Shown here: positions 1 to 8,547 of the stretch, one piece after another | Layout: every line of letters starts with the position of its first letter | Position numbering within the stretch: position 1 is the stretch's first letter | Assembly: GCA_963804425.1 (NCBI GenBank) | Contig: CAWDQF010000007.1 | Coordinates: 756,442-820,441, forward strand | Length of the DNA: 64,000 nt | Direction of reading: 5' to 3' | Source: an uncultured Verrucomicrobiae bacterium | GTDB lineage: Bacteria; Verrucomicrobiota; Verrucomicrobiia; Chthoniobacterales; JAFAMB01 | Program-made: the position numbers and the translations under genes | Notes under the pieces: model-generated | What the model saw: the letters and a program-made list of their open reading frames with translations, nothing else | The model's database searches: none | What the model was told of the DNA's origin: nothing

Positions 1-818
1 CGAAAAGCTCTTCGATTCGCTTGCGATAGAGTGCCAATTGCTTTTCGATCGCAAAGAGCATTTGCACTAAACTCAGGGCCAAGAGGCTCTTGGCTTTGAC
101 GGTGGGTGGCGTTGCCGCAAACTCGGTGGCGTGGGCAAAGAGCTCCAGGCGGCGGAGCCCCTGATCACTACCCCAGAGCCGGCGAGTGTGCAGGAACTTT
201 TCCCATTGGCGCTTGCCAGCTTGGGCCAGAAGCTCCGGGGTCGGAAAACGCTCTAAAAACATCCAGGCCGAGAGCGAAGTCCAATCCTCAAAGGCCTCTA
301 AAGGGACCGGGTAATATTCTCCCAGTGCTTGGCGCAGCTGGTTGATAAAGGCCGTGCGTTGTTCGATCAGGCTGACTTCATCCCGACAGAGTAAGCGTAG
401 TTCTTTGATCAGCGGATCCTCTGGACGCAATGCTCTCCAGTTTTGAGCATCGACGCGCGCCGCGTCGGCAAAACTGGAGAGCATCCAGTCGATCGTCTTT
501 GAGCCCACTGGGTGCTTTGCGATCGCGATAGGCTTGAGCGCTCTTGGCATTGAGGGGATAAACGATCATGCCGGCTTCCAAAAGTTGCTCGACGGCGACT
601 CCTTGACTGGTCTCAATGGCAAAAGGAATCGAGCCGTAAGGTTGGAGTTTTTCCCGAAACTTTTTCCAACCTAAAACCGAGTGTTCGATCTCAAAATCTT
701 CGATCACTTTGCCAGTTTGATCGACCACTATGACGGAGTGTTTTTGGCTAGCCCAATCTAAGCCACCAAATGCCCGGTGTTGTTGCCACTGTTCTGATCC
801 TTGTTTGGAATCATTCAT
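1..818 (-). pseudogene. IS110-family transposase (DEDD-type N-domain); frame broken near nt 485-495; C-terminus runs off the left window edge
   Basis: ORF 378..1133 contains MNDSKQ..FGGLDWASQKHSVIVVDQTGKV..YPLNAKSAQAYRDRKAPSGLKDDRLDA (likely ATG at 818). After DDRLDA the expected continuation (SSFADAARVDAQNWRALRPEDPLIKELRLLCRDEVSLIEQR...LFAIEKQLALYRKRIEELF) lies in a different minus frame that stays open to nt 1. Confidence 0.8.
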
Positions 819-1133
819 GGTCTTTTTTTGCTGCTGGTGAGTTTGGCGCCGCTTTGCCCTGCCTTCCATCGAGCTGATATAATGGCCTTCTTGAGGCTTC
901 GTTCTATTAGATGTCGGAGCAAGGGCCTCTGGCTCCCCCGGTAGTCTTTGGCTAACCGTCTTGCGGTAACGCAGCGATGACCGTGATCGAGCCAGGGCAG
1001 GACGTCCGCCAGCGCTATTGTGGCTCGCGGCGCAGTTATTCACAACCTCCCTTCGCCTGGCTAGGGCCTGCCGCTTCGCTCCCTCATGAATAACTGCGAA
1101 ACTGATATCGGCGCAGCGACGGCGGCACGCCAT
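819..1133 (-). ncRNA. candidate IS110 bridge/seek guide-RNA region in the non-coding stretch 5' of the transposase
   Basis: No convincing coding signal upstream of ATG 818. A perfect 12-bp inverted repeat, cgcagttattca (1031-1042) / tgaataactgcg (1087-1098), encloses a 44-nt GC-rich loop. IS110 elements are known to encode a structured guide RNA beside the recombinase gene. Boundaries cannot be determined by eye. Confidence 0.3.
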
Positions 1134-1381
1134 TGAGCACTAGCAAGGCGAGGCGTGTCAGCCGATTTCGTTAGGCATGGCGGAGGGTCCGAATCAGATT
1201 CGCACTTGGTTGTTTATCCACGCAGCGGCTTTCCGATCAAGGGTCTCCCCACCAAAGAAAGCGCGAGAGGTCCACCGGTCGCAGGGCGCGCCGCTTGGGG
1301 CGCCCGGGCATAACCCAAGGTGAACCGACGTATCGAGCCGATTCTGTCGGTCCTTCAGACCGAAACCCTTCTTTTCTGGTG

Positions 1382-2016
1382 AGCCCAGGCTTTAGCCCAT
1401 GCGCGTCAACACAAGGAAGTGACTGCTAAAGACGCTGAGGGACGCTTCTCTGCCGTCCCGGCTTGTCCGCCGTGGTCTCGCAAAAGCGAGACGAAGGAGG
1501 AAAGGAGTCACTTGATCGCAAGTGGGTCGCTTAGACACGTGGCATTGAACGGCAGCTAAACACCACTAAGAGACCTGAACATTTCAGCCGTCCCTAGCGG
1601 GACGGAGGCGTTCTTTTTCGTTTCCCGGCACTTCGTACCGGGCTACTATCGCAGCGTCCCTAGCGGGACGGAGGGGCTTTTTCTCGTTTCCCGGCACTTC
1701 GTACCGGGCTTCTATCGCAGCGTCCCTAGCGGGACGAAGGCGCTTTTTTTCGCTTCCCGGCACTTCGTACCGGGCTACTATCAAGCGTCCCTAGCGGGAC
1801 GAATCACCTCTTCAACGCCTTACCCGGAACTTCGTACCGGGCTACTTTCGCTCTGTTCCTCCGGGACGATTTCCGGCTACTTTCATTGCATTCCTTCCTC
1901 CTTCGTCGTCGCGAGACTACCGCGGACAGGCCGCGACCGATTGCTCAACGCTGTGGAGACAGCTGTGCTGCTGGTCCGGGCCCTTATGTTGACGCGCGCA
2001 GGCTAAAGCCTGGGCT
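1382..2016. repeat. MITE-like long imperfect palindrome (arms about 1382-1506 and 1888-2016) with an internal tandem hairpin array
   Basis: Outer arms agcccaggctttagccCATgcgcgtcaacaCaagg (1382-) and ccttAtgttgacgcgcGCAggctaaagcctgggct (-2016) are reverse complements. Inner arm segments (..cttgtccgccgtggtctcgc..gacgaaggaggaaaggag versus ctccttcgtcgtcgcgagactaccgcggacagg) also pair. A near-identical 9-bp direct repeat, ttttctggt / tgttctggt, abuts both ends. Confidence 0.5.
1590..1870. repeat. tandem repeat, about 66-bp unit x 4-5; each unit holds two hairpins (gtccc-tagc-gggac and cccgg-cacttcgta-ccggg)
   Basis: gtccctagcgggacg recurs at 1590, 1656, 1722 and 1787, with a degenerate copy near 1850. 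Confidence 0.85.
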
Positions 2017-2042
2017 TTGTTCTGGTCCGATCTCACAATTAA

Positions 2043-3438
2043 GGTGACACTTTTGTCTCACTAATTGGGTGACACCCCAGGGCGCAGGAAACCCTGGGGT
2101 GCATCAGAAAAAGGGTGACACCTTGAAGGTAAGCCAGACAGAGTTGGGGATGCCATGGAAGGAAGAAAAGGCGCTGCAACAACAGAGAGAAAGTTTGGTC
2201 AAAGAAGCAATCCGCAAGGAGAAGCCATTTAGGGAGCTGTGTAAGGAGTACCAGATAAGTCGAAAGACGGGATATAAGTGGTGCAAGCGCTCTCGGGAAG
2301 AGGGAAGCAAGGCACTGGGAGACCGACGGCGAGGTCCTCGGGAGGGCTCGGTGCAGGTCATCGAGACTCGTTGGCAGCTGCTGATACTGGAACAGAAAAA
2401 AAGTATCCGAGTTGGGGATCGAAAAAGCTCTTTGCTCGCTTGAGACGCCTGCATGGCTCGGAAAAGGTTCCCTCGCGAGCGACGATCAGCCGAATTCTGA
2501 AGCAATTTGGATTAGTCAAACATCGAACTCGGCGTCGAGCTAAGGCTGGTCCCGAGCGTGTTGATCCAAGGCGTTTAGAGCCGCTATGGTGTAACGTTTT
2601 TTGGGGAGTGGACTTCAAAGGCTGGTTCCGCACCGGGGATGGTCAGAAGTGCCATCCCTTAACGATCAGCGATCTCTACAGTCGCTTTATCATTCGTTGC
2701 GATAACTTGAGTTCTTTGGCTCTAGCAGCGGTCTGGCAGAGCTTTGAGAAGGTCTTCCAGCAGTATGGCCTGCCTCGAGCAATTCGGGTCGATAATGGTA
2801 AACCCTTCGCAGGCGGTTGGGTGTTGGGATTGACCCAGTTAAGCGTTTGGTGGCGCTTGCTGGGCATTCAAGTGGATTTTATCGATCCGGGAAAACCCTA
2901 CCAGAATGGCACTCACGAACGAATGCATTTGAGCCTAAAGCTCGAGATAGCCAATCCGCCAGCGCGTAGCCTCCAGGCTCAGCGACGTCGGACGACAAAA
3001 TGGCTCAGGAGCTTTAATGAGGAGCGACCGCACGAAGCCTTGGGTATGAAAACTCCGGCCGAAATCTACCTGGCTTCTGAGCTCAAATATCACCCTGTTT
3101 GGCCAGTGGAATACGATGCCGAATTTGAGGTTCGAACCGTCAATTCCAAGGGCGATATCCAATGGCTCAATAACCGTCGCTTTATCGGAGAGGCCTTTCA
3201 AGGTCAACGACTCGGCTTGAGGCGTTACAATGACCAGATACACGAAGTCTATCTCAGCGACATCCTGCTGGGTCACCTTCCCGCCGCGCATTTTTGCCCT
3301 TTTCGACCTACGGTCTCAAAGCGCAAAAACGCGCGAACCGCCTCCATCGACCCATCAACAGAACAACTTCTAATCGGCACAGTGTTACCCAAATACTGAG
3401 ACAAAGTGTTACCTTATTGCTGAGACAAAAGTGTCACC
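2043..3438 (+). mobile_element. IS481-family insertion sequence
   Basis: Terminal inverted repeats ggtgacacttttgtctca (2043-2060) and tgagacaaaagtgtcacc (3421-3438), with a second degenerate inner copy at each end. They enclose an HTH + rve (DDE) transposase. No clear target-site duplication seen. Confidence 0.85.
2150..3399 (+). CDS. IS481-family transposase; the two reading frames are joined only by a -1 shift in the A7 run at 2396-2402
   Basis: The N-terminus MPWKEEKALQQQRESLVKEAI..LCKEYQISRKTGYKWCKR is the typical IS481 HTH. The downstream frame gives KKYPSWGSKKLFARLRR...DFKGWF..HPLTISDLYSRF..AIRVDNGKPF..QNGTHERMH..FNEERPHEALGMKTPAEIY (DDE/rve core). Confidence 0.8.
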
Positions 3439-3541
3439 CAAATATGAGTCCCCAGGTTCTCGTGGCCCCGCATCCACCACAACGGTTAGCCGCTAACCGC
3501 TAACTTTTCAGGCCCACATTCTCGTGTAAGCTAGGCGCTCC

Positions 3542-5392
3542 ATGCTCACCATCTCGCAAGTAACCAAAACTTTCGGTGCGAGAATCCTTTTTGCCGATGT
3601 CTCACTGCAGGTGAATCGCGGTGACCGAATCGGTCTGATCGGCCCGAACGGTGCGGGCAAATCGACACTGTTTTCGCTTGTTCTCGGTCACGATTCCCCC
3701 GACGAAGGCACGATCGCGCTCCAGAAAAGCGCGCGCGTTGGGTATCTCCCTCAAGAAAGCTCGCCGATGGGCAAGGAAACAATCTTAGAACTCGCGTTGT
3801 TTGGAGTACCGGCAAACGCCGGGAGCGCCATGGCGACGGACGAACTTGATCATCAACGGGAAGCCCAGGCTAAGAGAATATTGAGCGGACTAGCCTTCCG
3901 CGAGCGCGACTTTGCTCGACCGGCTTCGGAATTTAGCGGCGGATGGGTCACTCGAGCGCATCTCGCCCGATTGCTCGTGGCGGAGCCAGACCTTCTGTTG
4001 TTGGACGAACCGACGAACCACCTTGACCTCCAGTCGGTTGCCTGGCTGCAAAATTATCTCCGCGAATACGTGGGCGCAATCGTCTTAATCTCTCATGACC
4101 GGGCCTTCCTGAATGTGGTCGTGGAGAAGATCGTCGAGTTTGATCGGGGAAAGTTGCTCCACTACCAGGGCGACTACGAAGCGTACGTGGTACAGCGAGC
4201 AGCTCGCCGAGACCAACAACTAGCGGCTTTCAAGAATCAGCAGCGGGAGATAGCAAAACTCCAGACGTTTATTGATCGATTCGGAGCGAAGAACACGAAA
4301 GCGTCTCAAGCTCAAAGCAAACGCAAACAGATCGAACGGATGGAACGGATCGAGGCCCCTGAACCGGAGGTGGCTTCAGTGCGCTTTCGCTTTCCGCAAC
4401 CGGCGCGGAGCGGTGTTCGCGTGCTTGGGCTAAAAGAAATCCATCACGCGTATGGCGATCAGTGCGTTTACCGAGGATTGAATCTGACGATTGAGCGCGG
4501 GCAAAGAACTGTACTTGTCGGCCCGAACGGAGCTGGTAAATCGACGCTGCTCAAACTATTGGCTGGAGTGCTGCCGGTTCAGCGAGGAGAACGGATCTTG
4601 GGATATCATGTTGAACTCGGCTATTATTCCCAACACCGGGTGGAGATGTTTGATCTGAGGCGGACCGTGCTGGCTGAGGCCTCAGAAATTCCGAATCCGC
4701 CGGGTGAACCAGCGGTGCGATCGGTCCTGGGTGCGTTTCTTTTCCGCGGTGACGATGTCTTCAAACCGGTGTCAGTACTAAGTGGAGGCGAGAAAAGCCG
4801 ATTAGCGTTGGCAAAGCTTCTGCTTGCTCCGCCGAACCTGCTGCTGATGGACGAGCCAACGACGCATTTAGATATGCGAAGCATCGAAGCGCTCATGGCC
4901 GCGCTGCACCAATACGAGGGAACGCTGCTTTTCATCAGCCACGACGCTTATTTCATTCGTAGAATAGCGACCTCAGTGCTTCGGGTACGCGACGGAGAGA
5001 TCGCCTTTTTCCCTGGTGATTACGATTATTATTTAGACAAATCTGCGCGAGACGCGGTCGTTTTCGACGGAGTCATTAGTCCTGGACCAGATTATTTGAC
5101 ATCGCAGTCAAACAGTAGCCAGGACGGCAAGGAGCGTAAGCGGCAAGAAGCAGAAGAGCGCCAAGCCAGATATCAACTTCGGCAAGAGTTGCGCACCCGC
5201 CTGTCGGAACTAGAGCAACGGATCGTAGCGCTTGAGCGCAGACAGAACGAGTTGGTGAGCACCCTCGAGAGTCAGAACGGAGGAGATTCCCAAGCAGCCA
5301 CCAGTTTGGAGTTGAAACAAGTGACCGATGAGCTCGCGGTCTTGTTGCCGGAATGGGAACGGCTCGCGGAACGGAGCGCGAGATATCAATAG
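3542..5392 (+). CDS. ABC-F family ATPase (two ABC domains, C-terminal coiled coil; Uup/YheS-like)
   Basis: Two Walker A motifs (GPNGAGKST x2), two LSGG signatures (FSGGWVTR, LSGGEKSR), no TM segments, and a charged helical C-terminus. Confidence 0.9.
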   Translation: MLTISQVTKTFGARILFADVSLQVNRGDRIGLIGPNGAGKSTLFSLVLGHDSPDEGTIALQKSARVGYLPQESSPMGKETILELALFGVPANAGSAMATDELDHQREAQAKRILSGLAFRERDFARPASEFSGGWVTRAHLARLLVAEPDLLLLDEPTNHLDLQSVAWLQNYLREYVGAIVLISHDRAFLNVVVEKIVEFDRGKLLHYQGDYEAYVVQRAARRDQQLAAFKNQQREIAKLQTFIDRFGAKNTKASQAQSKRKQIERMERIEAPEPEVASVRFRFPQPARSGVRVLGLKEIHHAYGDQCVYRGLNLTIERGQRTVLVGPNGAGKSTLLKLLAGVLPVQRGERILGYHVELGYYSQHRVEMFDLRRTVLAEASEIPNPPGEPAVRSVLGAFLFRGDDVFKPVSVLSGGEKSRLALAKLLLAPPNLLLMDEPTTHLDMRSIEALMAALHQYEGTLLFISHDAYFIRRIATSVLRVRDGEIAFFPGDYDYYLDKSARDAVVFDGVISPGPDYLTSQSNSSQDGKERKRQEAEERQARYQLRQELRTRLSELEQRIVALERRQNELVSTLESQNGGDSQAATSLELKQVTDELAVLLPEWERLAERSARYQ

Positions 5393-5414
5393 CCGATAGA
5401 CGTTGAGGTGACAA

Positions 5415-5505
5415 CGCCGGGAGGGCCGGGAGCACCGGAGGGCCGGGAGCGGCCGGGAACGCCGGGAGGCCGAAGGTCGAGAGCGCCGGGAACGTCGAGA
5501 GCGCG
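5415..5505. repeat. degenerate 9-nt microsatellite (gccgggagN)n
   Basis: cgccgggagg gccgggagc accggaggg ccgggagc ggccgggaac gccgggagg ..., immediately downstream of the ABC-F stop codon. Confidence 0.7.
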
Positions 5506-5616
5506 ATACGCCAAACACCAAACGTCGTGAGAATGAGAGGGAAGGCGGAAACACGGTACACGGATCGCGAGGTATGCACGCCAAAGGCGTAAGAGACCTT
5601 AGCCCTGCAGGGTATC

Positions 5617-5850
5617 GGACTTTGTTTAATCAAATTTGACGCAACAGGTCTTCAGCGGCAAAGCCGTGCTCCAGGATAGCCTAGCACGGTGTCGGACTTT
5701 GCTTGATCAAATTTGACGCAAACAGGTCTTCAGCGGCGAAGCCGCGCTTCAGGATAGCCTAGCAGGGTGTTGGACTTTGCTTGATCAAATTTGACGCAAA
5801 CAAGTCTTCAGCGGCGAAGCCGCGCTTCAGGATAGCCTAGCAGGGTGTTG
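5617..5850. repeat. three tandem 77-78-bp direct repeats
   Basis: ggactttg(c/t)ttgatcaaatttgacgcaaacaggtcttcagcggcgaagccgcgcttcaggatagcctagcagggtgtt starts at 5617, 5694 and 5772. Each unit contains the hairpin gcggc-gaa-gccgc. Confidence 0.9.
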
Positions 5851-5902
5851 AAAAACGCTTGATTGAAGGAAACTGACAACAACAGCCTCCTGAGGTTTAG
5901 GA

Positions 5903-6174
5903 TACGGCCCGAAGGGCCAAGAAAACATAGCCCAGGCTTTAGCCTGGGAAATTCCATCCCGACAACAACCGCCCTGTAGGGGCGGGAGATGTGGTGTGCA
6001 TCACCTGATCGCGGAGCGATTCATTGCTAATCCCATGAGCCGACTGCGCGAGGAACATCCGATCTTCGGATTGATCTGGTTTGCCTTTTCAGACGCCCCA
6101 CAGGGCTGGTCGTGTTTATTCCCGTCTACCCAGGCTAAAGCCTAGGCTATGTTTTCTTGGCCCTTCGGGCCGTA
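5903..6174. repeat. MITE-like inverted-repeat element (46-bp arms, about 180-bp centre)
   Basis: tacggcccgaagggccaagaaaacatagcccaggctttagcctggg (5903-5948) is the near-perfect reverse complement of cccaggctaaagcctaggctatgttttcttggcccttcgggccgta (6129-6174). It shares the agcccaggctttagcc motif with the element at 1382-2016. Confidence 0.75.
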
Positions 6175-6252
6175 CGCCGAGGCCTTGGGCTGCATGTTTG
6201 GAGCCAATCATCAAGTCTCATTGGTATTTCAACGGGCTGCTAGGGCGCGGCC

Positions 6253-8391
6253 CTAGTGAATCAACACCACGATCGATCTCGAATCGACTCGATGATGCGA
6301 ACCAACTACTCTTTCTTCCTCGCCTGGTTCGCAGAAGTCATCGGGCGAAGCCAGACTCGTATCGAGTACTCGGTACCATGGCTTCGATAATCCATCGAAG
6401 ATGGTGAAGTCGAGCGGTTCAGCACAAGCATTGACCATGACGTACAGGTCCTGATCGTCGAAGCTGTTGCCTTTTAAGTAATAAGCAAAACTCTGCGAAT
6501 AGAAACTGAGATCAGTCGAAGCGCCGACGCCTCGCCAGCGAACATCGTCTCGCCAAAAACGGCTCCGGCAAATGCTGGGATGCGCCTTGCGGAAAGCGAT
6601 CATCCGTTTGGAGAACCGAAAGAAATCCCCGTTTCGCTCCAGTCGGATCCAATCCAGCCAAGTGGTTGGGTTATCCTGATTGTACGGATTATTGTTCCCG
6701 TGTTGGGTATGCAAAAACTCGTCCCCAGCGGCAAACATGGGGATGCCATTGGAGAGCATTAACAAACAGAAAAGATTTTTTGCTTGCCGCTGACGGAGAG
6801 AAAATATCTCCGCGGTAAGCATTTCGTCCCCTTCGGTTCCGCAGTTGAAGCTGTAGTCATCGACCGGCCCATCCGTATCTTGATGGCCGTTTGCCTCGTT
6901 GTGGCGCTTTTCGTATGAGACGAGGTCATACAAGGTAAAACCATCGTGCGCGATGACGTAGTTGATGCTGTAGAACGGTCGTCGAGCTTCTTCGATCCGG
7001 TCGGGGAACAGGTCATCGCTCCCATACAATCGTTGCATTACTTTTGGCACCATCCCCAGGTCGCCCCGAACGAAGCGGCGTACGTCGTCCCGGAACTGCC
7101 CGTTCCATTGATGCCAGAACATCCCGGGAAAACCGGTCCCCAGCTGATAGGCGCCGCTGGCGTCCCAAGGCTCCGCGATTAGGCGTACCTGACTCAGCAC
7201 GGGATCGGTTCGCATCGCCGAAAGCAATGGAGGATCTTCGGAATCGAAGCCGCCATCTTCCCTACGCGTCAGAATGGTAGCGAGATCAAAACGGAATCCG
7301 TCAACTCCCATTTCGGTTACCCAATAGCGGAGACTATCGAGGATCAGATTTCGGATGAGTGGGTCGCTCGGGTTAAGCGTATTGCCGGTACCAGAGAAGT
7401 TGGCATAAGGACGAGCGGGATCCGACGTCATCAAATAGAAACCGGCGTTGTCAATCCCTTTGAAGGAGTAAGTAGGACCAGTCTGGTCCTCCTCCGTCGT
7501 ATGGTTGTAGACTACATCCAGGATGACTTCGATTCCGTTGGCATGCAGGGCAGAAACTAGTTCCTTAAATTCCTGGATCGGGGCTTCAGGTCGGGAGGCG
7601 TAAGCGAGATGCGGGCAGAAAAAATTGAGGGTCATGTACCCCCAGTAATTATTTTCCTGCGGATCGAACTGGTGAACCGGCATCAGCTCGACAATAGTGA
7701 CGCCGAGGTCGACCAGATACGGGATCTTCTCGATGATGGCGGTGAAGGTTCCCCGGCGTTCCATTGCAACACCACTGCTAGGGCTTGCGGTAAATCCTCG
7801 GACGTGCATCTCGTAAATGATCGCGTCCGAGTAATGGCGCGGCGGAGGGACGGAAGGCAGATTGCTCTTCTCTATTGGTGGTGACAGCACACCAAGCGGC
7901 GCCCGTCCCGCATTGCTGCCGGGCATTTTGGCGATCTCGCGGCTAAACCCGGGAGGGAAGAACAATGCTTTCGCGTACGGATCGAGCAGAATCTTTTCGG
8001 GATCAAAACAATGCCATTGGTTTGGCCCGTGAGGCGCCGGGCCATTGACGCGGTAGGCATAGTAACGGGCGTGCGCCAACTGCTCCCGGGTTAGTCGGCA
8101 GTGCCACACGCGCTTGGTTTTGTGACTGAGCGGTTCCAGCCGTAATTCGAGCATCGGTGTTACTAGATCGTCTGCGCTATAGAAAAGCAGAGTCACTTCC
8201 CGTGCGTTCTGTGAGTAAAGCGCGAAGTTGTAAGCGTCTTCTTCCGGTAAGTAAGTGACACCAAGCGGGTTGGGCGAGCCCTCGATGGACGGCCAATTGA
8301 CAGGTTTGGGCTCTGAAACACTTGGATTCACGGCGGACGCAAAAAAGAAACCATTTCCTAACCCGGCGACTGCCATAGGGTCAATCTGCAA
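6253..8391 (-). CDS. glgX: glycogen debranching enzyme (GH13 isoamylase-type)
   Basis: GH13 motifs VILDVVYNHT, GVDGFRFDLA, IAEPWD, NYVIAHDGFTLYDLVSY; length 712 aa. Confidence 0.9.
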   Translation of the reverse strand: MQIDPMAVAGLGNGFFFASAVNPSVSEPKPVNWPSIEGSPNPLGVTYLPEEDAYNFALYSQNAREVTLLFYSADDLVTPMLELRLEPLSHKTKRVWHCRLTREQLAHARYYAYRVNGPAPHGPNQWHCFDPEKILLDPYAKALFFPPGFSREIAKMPGSNAGRAPLGVLSPPIEKSNLPSVPPPRHYSDAIIYEMHVRGFTASPSSGVAMERRGTFTAIIEKIPYLVDLGVTIVELMPVHQFDPQENNYWGYMTLNFFCPHLAYASRPEAPIQEFKELVSALHANGIEVILDVVYNHTTEEDQTGPTYSFKGIDNAGFYLMTSDPARPYANFSGTGNTLNPSDPLIRNLILDSLRYWVTEMGVDGFRFDLATILTRREDGGFDSEDPPLLSAMRTDPVLSQVRLIAEPWDASGAYQLGTGFPGMFWHQWNGQFRDDVRRFVRGDLGMVPKVMQRLYGSDDLFPDRIEEARRPFYSINYVIAHDGFTLYDLVSYEKRHNEANGHQDTDGPVDDYSFNCGTEGDEMLTAEIFSLRQRQAKNLFCLLMLSNGIPMFAAGDEFLHTQHGNNNPYNQDNPTTWLDWIRLERNGDFFRFSKRMIAFRKAHPSICRSRFWRDDVRWRGVGASTDLSFYSQSFAYYLKGNSFDDQDLYVMVNACAEPLDFTIFDGLSKPWYRVLDTSLASPDDFCEPGEEERVVGSHHRVDSRSIVVLIH

Positions 8392-8547
8392 TCTGATGCA
8401 CTACCCCGGAAATCTGATATGCGGGCGAGCATTAGCGTTAAGATAAGGATTGGGACGCTGTTTGCCCCGAAGGGGCAAGTGGACTCCGCTCGAGGTTTTA
8501 ACCCCATTGAAGGTGCCGGGCTACTTTCATTGCGTCCCTGCGGAACG

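Noticed and set aside
1584-1784. 66-aa ORF (MIVARYEVPGSEKKRLRPARDAAIEARYEVPG...) and the idea that the repeat array is a CRISPR.
   Set aside because: The peptide is just the translation of the 66-bp tandem hairpin repeat. The units are contiguous with no unique spacers, and no cas genes are nearby.
5617-5850. The 77-bp repeat units as tRNA-like genes, because of their length.
   Set aside because: They have no T-loop (GTTCGAATC-type) or acceptor-stem complementarity.
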